DNA from: Utricularia gibba
Taxonomy: Eukaryota > Plantae > Magnoliophyta
Direction: 5' to 3'
DNA length: 64,000 nucleotides
Assembly (NCBI GenBank): GCA_002189035.1
Contig: NEEC01000042.1
Location: forward strand, 128,885-192,884
In this document: in pieces, positions 50,704 to 62,387 of the stretch
How positions within the stretch are numbered: the first letter of the stretch is position 1
How the letters are laid out: each line of letters starts with the position of its first letter
Notes under the pieces: model-generated
The model's database searches: none
What the model was told of the DNA's origin: nothing
What the model saw: only the letters and a program-made list of their open reading frames with translations
Position numbers and translations under genes: made by a program

Positions 50704-51028
50704 TGTTGTTGCAAGAAAAATAGAGTCTTGGGAAGTAACAAAAAGGTAATGCTTATGAGATCACCTTGGATGAAAAACGACTCATGAACAATAAGAATGA
50801 CCGAAAACCTAATTGACATGCATTTCTAGTAGGGCTTATATATACCAAATACCTAGGTTACCCAACAGTGGGCCACAATCATTGAAAACACACAAAAAGC
50901 CCAACAACTCGAATCCAACACTTCCATGCTCGAACCCAACACCTTTTTTTATCTGAAATATGACATTATGACACAAGTTTAGTTCTTCCAATCACCTTCA
51001 AGCTTTGGATTGAGGCTGATCTCCAACA
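50704..51028 (-). repeat. 5' LTR (325 bp), copy 3
   Basis: As copy 1. Confidence 0.9.
50836..50844 (-). promoter_or_regulatory. Putative LTR TATA box (present in all seven LTRs; copy 1 at 755..763)
   Basis: Minus strand TATATATAAGCC near the middle of the LTR, oriented towards PBS and gag; a TGGGCC (site II-like) motif lies ~25 bp upstream. Confidence 0.55.
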
Positions 51029-52999
51029 CTTGGTCCGAGCCCCTGATTCTTTATGGCTCATGAGGACAAAAGGATGCAAATCGATGAATACAATGATGCA
51101 ATTGTTTAAATTACGATATCACGTGCACCCTACATGATTTTTTCAACAACTTACTTTATACTTGAGGAGGTGGTCTTGGGGGGCAAGAGGAACCGGACAA
51201 AGGTCAGCTTATGCTTGGGTCGAAAGTAAGTTGTAGCCTGACAAAGAAAGTGATCTATTTATTAACGTTCGGTTTTCGGGGCTACCTACATGGTTTTTCA
51301 AGGAACCGCTTCTCGTTTTGTGGCGGCCAGTCTCGCTGGGAACTTGGTCCTTTACCCCGATTCTGTATGGCTCATGGGGTCAACCGGATGCAAATCGAAG
51401 AAAAAAAATGATGCATTTGTTAAATTACGATATCACGTGCACCCTACATGATTTTTTCGACAACTTACTTTATACATGGGGAGGCGGTCTTGGGGGTACC
51501 TGGAACTGGAAAATGGTCAGCGTAGGCTTGGGCCGATAGTAAGTTGTAGCCCGACAAATAAAGTAATGTATTTATTATCGTTCGGTTTTCGGAAGCTGCC
51601 TAAATGCTTTTTGAAAGAACATCTTCTCGTTTTATGGCGGCCAGTCTCGCTGGGAACTTGGTCCTTGACCCTGGTTCTGTATGGCTCATGGGGTCAACCG
51701 GATGCAAATCGATGAAAAAAAATGATGCATTTGTTTAAATTGCGATATCACGTGCACCCCACATGATTTTTTCAACAACTTACTTTATACTTGAGGAGGC
51801 GATCTTAGGGTGCACCTCGAACAGGACAAAGGTAAGGTTTGGCTTGCGCCGAGAGTTAGTTGTAGCCCGACAAATAAAGTGATGTATTTATTATCGTTCG
51901 GTTTTCGGGGGCTGCCTACATGGTTTTTCAAGGAACCGCTTCTCGTTTTGTGGTGGCCAGTCTCGCTGGAAACTTGGTCCTTGACCCCGATTCTGTATTG
52001 CTCATGAGGTCAACCGGATGCAAATCAATTAAAAAAAATGATGCATTTGTTTAAATTACGATGTCACGTGCACCCCACATGATTTTTTTAACAACATACT
52101 TTATACATGAGGAGGCAGTCTTTGAGTGCATTTGGAACGGGACAAAGGTAAGGTTTTGCGTGCACCGAAAGTAAGTTGTAGCCCGGCAAAGAAAGTGATG
52201 TATTTATTAACGTTCGGTTTTCAGGGTTGCCTACATGGTTTTCCAAGGAAAAGCTTTTCGTTTTGTGGCGGCCGCTCTCGCTGGGCACTTGGTCCGGGCC
52301 CCTGATTCTTTATGGCTCATGAGGACAAAATGATGCAAATCGATGAAAATAATGATGCATTTGTTTAAATTACGATGTCGCGTGCACCCCAAATGATTTT
52401 TTTAACAACATACTTTATACATGAGGAGGCGGTCTTGGGGGCACTTGGAACCGGAAAAAGATCAGCTTAGGCTTGGGCCGAAAGTAAGTTGTAGCCCGGC
52501 AAAGAAAGTGATGTATTTATTATCGTTCGGTTTTTGGGGTTGCCTACATGGTTTTTCAAGGAACATCTTCTCGTTTTGTGGTGGCTAGTTTCGCTGGGAA
52601 CTTGGTCCTTGACCCCGATTCTGTATGGCTCATGGGGTCAACCGGATGCAAATCGAAGAAAAAAAATGATGCATTTGTTTAAATTACGATATCACGTGCA
52701 CCCTACATGATTTTTTCGACAACTTACTTTATACATGGGGAGGCGGTCTTGGGGGGTACCTGGAACCGGAAAATGGTCAGCTTAGGCTTGGGCCGATAGT
52801 AAGTTGTAGCCCGGCAAAGAAAGTGATGTATTTATTATCGTTCGGTTTACGGGGGCTTCCTAAATGCTTTTTGAAAGAACATCTTCTCGTTCTATGGCGG
52901 CCAGTCTCGCTGGGAACTTGGTCCTTGACCCTGGTTCTGTATGGCTCATGGGGTGATGAAAAAAAATGATGCATTTGTTTAAATTACGGTATCACGTGC
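51029..52999. repeat. Satellite block (~6.3 monomers; H-E-C-F/A-B-D/E) of the composite unit
   Basis: (A/G)CGTGC landmark ends at 51126, 51440, 51755, 52071, 52385, 52699, 52999. Confidence 0.95.
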
Positions 53000-53734
53000 C
53001 CTGGTTATATTCATATTGTGCATTTTGGTGAGGAGAGCAGATTCACCATAAGTTTTCTCAACTTCATTACCATCTCTTAGTTCCAATCTCTTTTCTGTAG
53101 ATTGCAACTCAATCATGATCTCTCTAAATGTTGGCTCTGGTGTAACAGGATATTCAGGATACAGCTGATGGAGCTTTCCTTCAATAATGTCAAGGATTTT
53201 TCTTTCTGTCTCAAGTGCACATAACTTTGGCTCGAATCTTGCAGGTAGGCTCATGATTGCCTTGCTAATCACCTTTTGATCCTCAAGTTTTTCCCCCAAT
53301 CCTCGAATCTCCTTCACAAGCTTCGCAGTACGTTCATAATAGACTTGTATGGTTTCATTGTCTAACATTTTGTTCCTCTCAAAGTCCTCCAGCTTGTTTT
53401 TGCATAATATCTCTCTGAGTTTGGCATCGCCTTCATAATGGGATTTGAGAGTATCCCATATTTCTTTTGCTGATTGACACTCTGCAATATCATCAAATAG
53501 ATGTTCAGAGATGGCTTGATACAAGGCATCCATTGCTTCATCTTTTCTCTGTTGAAGATACTCAGCTTCCTCTTGCTGTTCTGATGTGGATTTGCTTGTT
53601 ATTGTAATAGCCGGAATCTCCCTTTCAACAACATCCCAAATCTTTCTGACCCGAAGGTAGCTGCGCATCTTTTTGACCCAGCTTCCATACTCTGAACCAT
53701 CAAATATTGGAGGTCCTCTACCAGATGCCATCAT
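52979..53734 (-). CDS. gag: Truncated copia Gag, open frame, copy 4
   Basis: Translation identical to copy 3 in the ORF track. Confidence 0.85.
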   Translation of the reverse strand: MMASGRGPPIFDGSEYGSWVKKMRSYLRVRKIWDVVEREIPAITITSKSTSEQQEEAEYLQQRKDEAMDALYQAISEHLFDDIAECQSAKEIWDTLKSHYEGDAKLREILCKNKLEDFERNKMLDNETIQVYYERTAKLVKEIRGLGEKLEDQKVISKAIMSLPARFEPKLCALETERKILDIIEGKLHQLYPEYPVTPEPTFREIMIELQSTEKRLELRDGNEVEKTYGESALLTKMHNMNITRARDTVI

Positions 53735-53840
53735 AGCCACCGCTTGACAAGCTTTGGGTTGATACTTGGTAATCTACCAAGTAAAAAACGCTGAACGGTA
53801 TATAAAATACTGAAACGAACACAGGTTTGAGAACCTTACT

Positions 53841-53852
53841 GCTCTGATACCA
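53841..53852 (-). other. tRNA-iMet PBS, copy 4
   Basis: TGGTATCAGAGC adjacent to LTR end. Confidence 0.93.
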
Positions 53853-54177
53853 TGTTGTTGCAAGAAAAATAGAGTCTTGGGAAGTAACAAAAAGGTAATG
53901 CTTATGAGATCACCTTGGATGAAAAACGACTCATGAACAATAAGAATGACCGAAAACCTAATTGACATGCATTTCTAGTAGGGCTTATATATACCAAATA
54001 CCTAGGTTACCCAACAGTGGGCCACAATCATTGAAAACACACAAAAAGCCCAACAACTCGAATCCAACACTTCCATGCTCGAACCCAACACCTTTTTTTA
54101 TCTGAAATATGACATTATGACACAAGTTTAGTTCTTCCAATCACCTTCAAGCTTTGGATTGAGGCTGATCTCCAACA
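53853..54177 (-). repeat. 5' LTR (325 bp), copy 4
   Basis: As copy 1. Confidence 0.9.
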
Positions 54178-56148
54178 CTTGGTCCGAGCCCCTGATTCTT
54201 TATGGCTCATGAGGACAAAAGGATGCAAATCGATGAATACAATGATGCAATTGTTTAAATTACGATATCACGTGCACCCTACATGATTTTTTCAACAACT
54301 TACTTTATACTTGAGGAGGTGGTCTTGGGGGGCAAGAGGAACCGGACAAAGGTCAGCTTATGCTTGGGTCGAAAGTAAGTTGTAGCCTGACAAAGAAAGT
54401 GATCTATTTATTAACGTTCGGTTTTCGGGGCTACCTACATGGTTTTTCAAGGAACCGCTTCTCGTTTTGTGGCGGCCAGTCTCGCTGGGAACTTGGTCCT
54501 TTACCCCGATTCTGTATGGCTCATGGGGTCAACCGGATGCAAATCGAAGAAAAAAAATGATGCATTTGTTTAAATTACGATATCACGTGCACCCTACATG
54601 ATTTTTTCGACAACTTACTTTATACATGGGGAGGCGGTCTTGGGGGGTACCTGGAACTGGAAAATGGTCAGCGTAGGCTTGGGCCGATAGTAAGTTGTAG
54701 CCCGACAAATAAAGTAATGTATTTATTATCGTTCGGTTTTCGGAAGCTGCCTAAATGCTTTTTGAAAGAACCTTCTCGTTTTATGGCGGCCAGTCTCGCT
54801 GGGAACTTGGTCCTTGACCCTGGTTCTGTATGGCTCATGGGGTCAACCGGATGCAAATCGATGAAAAAAAATGATGCATTTGTTTAAATTGCGATATCAC
54901 GTGCACCCCACATGATTTTTTCAACAACTTACTTTATACTTGAGGAGGCGATCTTAGGGTGCACCTCGAACAGGACAAAGGTAAGGTTTGGCTTGCGCCG
55001 AGAGTTAGTTGTAGCCCGACAAATAAAGTGATGTATTTATTATCGTTCGGTTTTCGGGGGCTGCCTACATGGTTTTTCAAGGAACCGCTTCTCGTTTTGT
55101 GGTGGCCAGTCTCGCTGGGAACTTGGTCCTTGACCCCGATTCTGTATTGCTCATGAGGTCAACCGGATGCAAATCAATTAAAAAAAATGATGCATTTGTT
55201 TAAATTACGATGTCACGTGCACCCCACATGATTTTTTTAACAACATACTTTATACATGAGGAGGCAGTCTTTGAGTGCATTTGGAACGGGACAAAGGTAA
55301 GGTTTTGCGTGCACCGAAAGTAAGTTGTAGCCCGGCAAAGAAAGTGATGTATTTATTAACGTTCGGTTTTCAGGGTTGCCTACATGGTTTTCCAAGGAAA
55401 AGCTTTTCGTTTTGTGGCGGCCGCTCTCGCTGGGCACTTGGTCCGGGCCCCTGATTCTTTATGGCTCATGAGGACAAAATGATGCAAATCGATGAAAATA
55501 ATGATGCATTTGTTTAAATTACGATGTCGCGTGCACCCCAAATGATTTTTTTAACAACATACTTTATACATGAGGAGGCGGTCTTGGGGGGCACTTGGAA
55601 CCGAAAAAGATCAGCTTAGGCTTGGGCCGAAAGTAAGTTGTAGCCCGGCAAAGAAAGTGATGTATTTATTATCGTTCGGTTTTTGGGGTTGCCTACATGG
55701 TTTTTCAAGGAACATCTTCTCGTTTTGTGGTGGCTAGTTTCGCTGGGAACTTGGTCCTTGACCCCGATTCTGTATGGCTCATGGGGTCAACCGGATGCAA
55801 ATCGAAGAAAAAAAAATGATGCATTTGTTTAAATTACGATATCACGTGCACCCTACATGATTTTTTCGACAACTTACTTTATACATGGGGAGGCGGTCTT
55901 GGGGGGTACCTGGAACCGGAAAATGGTCAGCTTAGGCTTGGGCCGATAGTAAGTTGTAGCCCGGCAAAGAAAGTGATGTATTTATTATCGTTCGGTTTAC
56001 GGGGGCTTCCTAAATGCTTTTTGAAAGAACATCTTCTCGTTCTATGGCGGCCAGTCTCGCTGGGAACTTGGTCCTTGACCCTGGTTCTGTATGGCTCATG
56101 GGGTGATGAAAAAAATGATGCATTTGTTTAAATTACGGTATCACGTGC
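54178..56148. repeat. Satellite block (~6.3 monomers) of the composite unit
   Basis: Near-identical to 51029..52999 at an offset of 3149 bp. Confidence 0.95.
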
Positions 56149-56883
56149 CCTGGTTATATTCATATTGTGCATTTTGGTGAGGAGAGCAGATTCACCATAA
56201 GTTTTCTCAACTTCATTACCATCTCTTAGTTCCAATCTCTTTTCTGTAGATTGCAACTCAATCATGATCTCTCTAAATGTTGGCTCTGGTGTAACAGGAT
56301 ATTCAGGATACAGCTGATGGAGCTTTCCTTCAATAATGTCAAGGATTTTTCTTTCTGTCTCAAGTGCACATAACTTTGGCTCGAATCTTGCAGGTAGGCT
56401 CATGATTGCCTTGCTAATCACCTTTTGATCCTCAAGTTTTTCCCCCAATCCTCGAATCTCCTTCACAAGCTTCGCAGTACGTTCATAATAGACTTGTATG
56501 GTTTCATTGTCTAACATTTTGTTCCTCTCAAAGTCCTCCAGCTTGTTTTTGCATAATATCTCTCTGAGTTTGGCATCGCCTTCATAATGGGATTTGAGAG
56601 TATCCCATATTTCTTTTGCTGATTGACACTCTGCAATATCATCAAATAGATGTTCAGAGATGGCTTGATACAAGGCATCCATTGCTTCATCTTTTCTCTG
56701 TTGAAGATACTCAGCTTCCTCTTGCTGTTCTGATGTGGATTTGCTTGTTATTGTAATAGCCGGAATCTCCCTTTCAACAACATCCCAAATCTTTCTGACC
56801 CGAAGGTAGCTGCGCATCTTTTTGACCCAGCTTCCATACTCTGAACCATCAAATATTGGAGGTCCTCTACCAGATGCCATCAT
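56128..56883 (-). CDS. gag: Truncated copia Gag, open frame, copy 5
   Basis: Translation identical to copy 3 in the ORF track. Confidence 0.85.
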   Translation of the reverse strand: MMASGRGPPIFDGSEYGSWVKKMRSYLRVRKIWDVVEREIPAITITSKSTSEQQEEAEYLQQRKDEAMDALYQAISEHLFDDIAECQSAKEIWDTLKSHYEGDAKLREILCKNKLEDFERNKMLDNETIQVYYERTAKLVKEIRGLGEKLEDQKVISKAIMSLPARFEPKLCALETERKILDIIEGKLHQLYPEYPVTPEPTFREIMIELQSTEKRLELRDGNEVEKTYGESALLTKMHNMNITRARDTVI

Positions 56884-56989
56884 AGCCACCGCTTGACAAG
56901 CTTTGGGTTGATACTTGGTAATCTACCAAGTAAAAAACGCTGAACGGTATATAAAATACTGAAACGAACACAGGTTTGAGAACCTTACT

Positions 56990-57001
56990 GCTCTGATACC
57001 A
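56990..57001 (-). other. tRNA-iMet PBS, copy 5
   Basis: TGGTATCAGAGC adjacent to LTR end. Confidence 0.93.
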
Positions 57002-57326
57002 TGTTGTTGCAAGAAAAATAGAGTCTTGGGAAGTAACAAAAAGGTAATGCTTATGAGATCACCTTGGATGAAAAACGACTCATGAACAATAAGAATGACC
57101 GAAAACCTAATTGACATGCATTTCTAGTAGGGCTTATATATACCAAATACCTAGGTTACCCAACAGTGGGCCACAATCATTGAAAACACACAAAAAGCCC
57201 AACAACTCGAATCCAACACTTCCATGCTCGAACCCAACACCTTTTTTTATCTGAAATATGACATTATGACACAAGTTTAGTTCTTCCAATCACCTTCAAG
57301 CTTTGGATTGAGGCTGATCTCCAACA
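57002..57326 (-). repeat. 5' LTR (325 bp), copy 5
   Basis: As copy 1. Confidence 0.9.
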
Positions 57327-59261
57327 CTTGGTCCGAGCCCCTGATTCTTTATGGCTCATGAGGACAAAAGGATGCAAATCGATGAATACAATGATGCAAT
57401 TGTTTAAATTACGATATCACGTGCACCCTACATGATTTTTTCAACAACTTACTTTATACTTGAGGAGGTGGTCTTGGGGGCAAGAGGAACCGGACAAAGG
57501 TCAGCTTATGCTTGGGTCGAAAGTAAGTTGTAGCCTGACAAAGAAAGTGATCTATTTATTAACGTTCGGTTTTCGGGGCTACCTACATGGTTTTTCAAGG
57601 AACCGCTTCTCGTTTTGTGGCGGCCAGTCTCGCTGGGAACTTGGTCCTTTACCCCGATTCTGTATGGCTCATGAGGTCAACCGGATGCAAATCGAAGAAA
57701 AAAAAATGATGCATTTGTTTAAATTACGATATCACGTGCACCCTACATGATTTTTTCAACTTACTTTATACTTGGGGAGGCGGTCTTGGGGGTACCTGGA
57801 ACTGGAAAAGGTCAGGTAGGCTTGGGCCGATAGTAAGTTGTAGCCCGACAAATAAAGTAATGTATTTATTATCGTTCGGTTTTCGGGGCTACCTACATGG
57901 TTTTTCAAGCCGCTTCTCGTTTTGTGGCGGCCAGTCTCGCTGGGAACTTGGTCCTTTACCCCGATTCTGTATGGCTCATGAGGTCAACCGGATGCAAATC
58001 GATTAAAAAAAATGATGCATTTGTTTAAATTGCGATATGACGTGCACCCCAATGATTTTTTCAACAACTTACTTTATACTTGGGGGAGGCGGTCTTGGGT
58101 GCACCTGGAACGGGACAAAGGTCAGCTTAGGCTTGGCCGAGAGTAAGTTGTAGCCCGACAAAGAAAGTGATGTATTTATTATCGTTCGGTTTTCGGGGGC
58201 TGCCTACATGGTTTTTCAAGGAACCGCTTCTCGTTTTGTGGCGGCCAGTCTCGCTGGAACTTGTCCTTGACCCGATTCTGTATGGCTCATGAGGTGATGC
58301 AATCGATTAAAAAATGATGCATTTGTTTAAATTACGATATCGTGCACCCCACATGATTTTTTAAACAACTTTATACATGAGGAGGCAGTCTTGGGTGCAT
58401 TTGGAACGGACAAAGGTAAGGTTTTGCTGCACCGAAAGTAAGTTGTAGCCCGCAAAGAAAGTGATGTATTTATTAACGTTCGGTTTTCAGGGTTGCCTAC
58501 ATGGTTTTCCAAGGAAAAGCTTTTCGTTTTGTGGCGGCCGCTCTCGCTGGGCACTTGGTCCGGGCCCCTGATTCTTTATGGCTCATGAGGACAAAAGGAT
58601 GCAAATCGATGAAATAATGATGCATTTGTTTAAATTACGATGTCGCGTGCACCCCAAATGATTTTTTTAACAACATACTTTATACATGAGGAGGCGGTCT
58701 TGGGGGGCACTGGAACCGGAAAAAGATCAGCTTAGGCTTGGCCGAAAGTAAGTTGTAGCCCGGCAAAGAAAGTGATGTATTTATTATCGTTCGGTTTTTG
58801 GGGTTGCCTACATGGTTTTTCAAGGAACATCTTCTCGTTTTGTGGTGGCTAGTTTCGCTGGGAACTTGGTCCTTGACCCCGATTCTGTATGGCTCATGGG
58901 TCAACCGGATGCAAATCGAAGAAAAAAAATGATGCATTTGTTTAAATTACGATATCACGTGCACCCTACATGATTTTTTCGACAACTTACTTTATACATG
59001 GGGAGGCGGTCTTGGGGGGTACCTGGAACCGGAAAATGGTCAGCTTAGGCTTGGGCCGATAGTAAGTTGTAGCCCGGCAAAGAAAGTGATGTATTTATTA
59101 TCGTTCGGTTTTCGGGGGCTTCCTAAATGCTTTTTGAAAGAACATCTTCTCGTTTTGGCGGCCAGTCTCGCTGGGAACTTGGTCCTTGACCCTGGTTCTG
59201 TATGGCTCATGGGGTGATGAAAAAAAAATGATGCATTTGTTTAAATTACGGTATCACGTGC
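57327..59261. repeat. Satellite block (~6.3 monomers) of the composite unit, indel-rich
   Basis: Same monomer order but with many small deletions and mixed variant signatures at 57700-58400. Confidence 0.9.
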
Positions 59262-59993
59262 CCTGGTTATATTCATATTGTGCATTTTGGTGAGGAGAGA
59301 TTCACCATAAGTTTTCTCAACTTCATTACCATCTCTTAGTTCCAATCTCTTTTCTGTAGATTGCAACTCAATCATGAACTCTCTAAATGTTGGCTCTGGT
59401 GTAACAGGATATTCAGGATACAGCTGATGGAGCTTTCCTTCAATAATGTCAAGGATTTTTCTTTCTGTCTCAAGTGCACATAACTTTGGCTCGAATCTTG
59501 CAGGTAGGCTCATGATTGCCTTGCTAATCACCTTTTGATCCTCAAGTTTTTCCCCCAATCCTCGAATCTCCTTCACAAGCTTCGCAGTACGTTCATAATA
59601 GACTTGTATGGTTTCATTGTCTAACATTTTGTTCCTCTCAAAGTCCTCCAGCTTGTTTTTGCATAATATCTCTCTGAGTTTGGCATCGCCTTCATAATGG
59701 GATTTGAGAGTATCCCATATTTCTTTTGCTGATTGACACTCTGCAATATCATCAAATAGATGTTCAGAGATGGCTTGATACAAGGCATCCATTGCTTCAT
59801 CTTTTCTCTGTTGAAGATACTCAGCTTCCTCTTGCTGTTCTGATGTGGATTTGCTTGTTATTGTAATAGCCGGAATCTCCCTTTCAACAACATCCCAAAT
59901 CTTTCTGACCCGAAGGTAGCTGCGCATCTTTTTGACCCAGCTTCCATACTCTGAACCATCAAATATTGGAGGTCCTCTACCAGATGCCATCAT
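59241..59993 (-). CDS. gag: Truncated copia Gag, open frame, copy 6 (250 aa)
   Basis: In-frame 3-bp loss (ESALL to ESLL) and I to F change (REIM to REFM). Confidence 0.8.
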   Translation of the reverse strand: MMASGRGPPIFDGSEYGSWVKKMRSYLRVRKIWDVVEREIPAITITSKSTSEQQEEAEYLQQRKDEAMDALYQAISEHLFDDIAECQSAKEIWDTLKSHYEGDAKLREILCKNKLEDFERNKMLDNETIQVYYERTAKLVKEIRGLGEKLEDQKVISKAIMSLPARFEPKLCALETERKILDIIEGKLHQLYPEYPVTPEPTFREFMIELQSTEKRLELRDGNEVEKTYGESLLTKMHNMNITRARDTVI

Positions 59994-60098
59994 AGCCACC
60001 CTTGACAAGCTTTGGGTTGATACTTGGTAATCTACCAAGTAAAAAACGCTGAACGGTATATAAAATACTGAAACGAACACAGGTTTGAGAACCTTACT

Positions 60099-60110
60099 GC
60101 TCTGATACCA
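60099..60110 (-). other. tRNA-iMet PBS, copy 6
   Basis: TGGTATCAGAGC adjacent to LTR end. Confidence 0.93.
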
Positions 60111-60435
60111 TGTTGTTGCAAGAAAAATAGAGTCTTGGGAAGTAACAAAAAGGTAATGCTTATGAGATCACCTTGGATGAAAAACGACTCATGAACAATA
60201 AGAATGACCGAAAACCTAATTGACACGCATTTCTAGTAGGGCTTATATATACCAAATACCTAGGTTACCCAACAGTGGGCCACAATCATTGAAAACACAC
60301 AAAAAGCCCAACAACTCGAATCCAACACTTCCATGCTCGAACCCAACACCTTTTTTTATCTGAAATATGACATTATGACACAAGTTTAGTTCTTCCAATC
60401 ACCTTCAAGCTTTGGATTGAGGCTGATCTCCAACA
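60111..60435 (-). repeat. 5' LTR (325 bp), copy 6
   Basis: As copy 1. Confidence 0.9.
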
Positions 60436-62387
60436 CTTGGTCCGAGCCCCTGATTCTTTATGGCTCATGAGGACAAAAGGATGCAAATCGATGAATACAA
60501 TGATGCAATTGTTTAAATTACGATATCACGTGCACCCTACATGATTTTTTCAACAACTTACTTTATACTTGAGGAGGTGGTCTTGGGGGGCAAGAGGAAC
60601 CGGACAAAGGTCAGCTTATGCTTGGGTCGAAAGTAAGTTGTAGCCTGACAAAGAAAGTGATCTATTTATTAACGTTCGGTTTTCGGGCTACCTACATGGT
60701 TTTTCAAGGAACCGCTTCTCGTTTTGTGGCGGCCAGTCTCGCTGGGAACTTGGTCCTTTACCCCGATTCTGTATGGCTCATGGGGTCAACCGGATGCAAA
60801 TCGAAGAAAAAAAATGATGCATTTGTTTAAATTACGATATCACGTGCACCCTACATGATTTTTTCGACAACTTACTTTATACATGGGGAGGCGGTCTTGG
60901 GGTACCTGGAACGGAAAATGGTCAGCGTAGGCTTGGGCCGATAGTAAGTTGTAGCCCGACAAATAAAGTAATGTATTTATTATCGTTCGGTTTTCGGGCT
61001 GCCTACATGCTTTTTGAAAGAACATCTTCGTTTTTGGCGGCCAGTCTCGCTGGGAACTTGGTCCTTGACCCTGGTTCTGTATGGCTCATGGGGTCAACCG
61101 GATGCAAATCGATGAAAAAAAATGATGCATTTGTTTAAATTGCGATATCACGTGCACCCCACATGATTTTTTCAACAACTTACTTTATACTTGAGGAGGC
61201 GATCTTGGGGCACCTCGAACGGACAAAGGTAAGGTTTGGCTTGCGCCGAGAGTTAGTTGTAGCCCGACAAATAAAGTGATGTATTTATTATCGTTCGGTT
61301 TTCGGGGGCTGCCTACATGGTTTTCAAGGAACCGCTTCTCGTTTTGTGGTGGCCAGTCTCGCTGGGAACTTGGTCCTTGACCCCGATTCTGTATTGCTCA
61401 TGAGGTCAACCGGATGCAAATCGATTAAAAAAATGATGCATTTGTTTAAATTACGATATCACGTGCACCCCACATGATTTTTTTAACAACTACTTTATAC
61501 ATTGAGGAGGCAGTCTTTGAGTGCATTTGGAACGGGACAAAGGTAAGGTTTGGGCCGAAAGTAAGTTGTAGCCCGGCAAAGAAAGTGATGTATTTATTAA
61601 CGTTCGGTTTTCAGGGTTGCCTACATGGTTTTCCAAGGAAAAGCTTTTCGTTTTGTGGCGGCCGCTCTCGCTGGGCACTTGGTCCGGGCCCCTGATTCTT
61701 TATGGCTCATGAGGACAAAAGATGCAAATCGATGAAAATAATGATGCATTTGTTTAAATTACGATGTCGCGTGCACCCCAAATGATTTTTTTAACAACAT
61801 ACTTTATACATGAGGAGGCGGTCTTGGGGGGCACTTGGAACCGGAAAAAGATCAGCTTAGGCTTGGGCCGAAAGTAAGTTGTAGCCCGGCAAAGAAAGTG
61901 ATGTATTTATTATCGTTCGGTTTTTGGGGTTGCCTACATGGTTTTTCAAGGAACATCTTCTCGTTTTGTGGTGGCTAGTCTCGCTGGGAACTTGGTCCTT
62001 GACCCCGATTCTGTATGGCTCATGGGGTCAACCGGATGCAAATCGAAGAAAAAAAATGATGCATTTGTTTAAATTACGATATCACGTGCACCCTACATGA
62101 TTTTTTCGACAACTTACTTTATACATGGGGAGGCGGTCTTGGGGGGTACCTGGAACCGGAAAATGGTCAGCTTAGGCTTGGGCCGATAGTAAGTTGTAGC
62201 CCGGCAAAGAAAGTGATGTATTTATTATCGTTCGGTTTTCGGGGGCTTCCTAAATGCTTTTTGAAAGAACATCTTCTCGTTATGGCGGCCAGTCTCGCTG
62301 GGAACTTGGTCCTTGACCCTGGTTCTGTATGGCTCATGGGGTGATGAAAAAAAATGATGCATTTGTTTAAATTACGGTATCACGTGC
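60436..62387. repeat. Satellite block (~6.3 monomers) of the composite unit
   Basis: Same H-E-C-F/A-B-D/E order as 51029..52999. Confidence 0.92.

Larger units (their letters stand above)
49851..51028 (-). mobile_element. Truncated Ty1/copia fragment, copy 3 (1178 bp)
   Basis: Same structure and junctions as copy 2. Confidence 0.95.
53000..54177 (-). mobile_element. Truncated Ty1/copia fragment, copy 4 (1178 bp)
   Basis: Same structure and junctions. Confidence 0.95.
56149..57326 (-). mobile_element. Truncated Ty1/copia fragment, copy 5 (1178 bp)
   Basis: Same structure and junctions. Confidence 0.95.
59262..60435 (-). mobile_element. Truncated Ty1/copia fragment, copy 6
   Basis: Same structure and junctions; 4 bp shorter. 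Confidence 0.94.

Noticed and set aside
59994-60080. N-terminal extension giving a 279-aa Gag in copy 6
   Set aside because: Caused by a 1-bp loss in the leader (CCACC|CTTG vs CCACCGCTTG) and a non-ATG start; the ATG is at 59993 as in the other copies.
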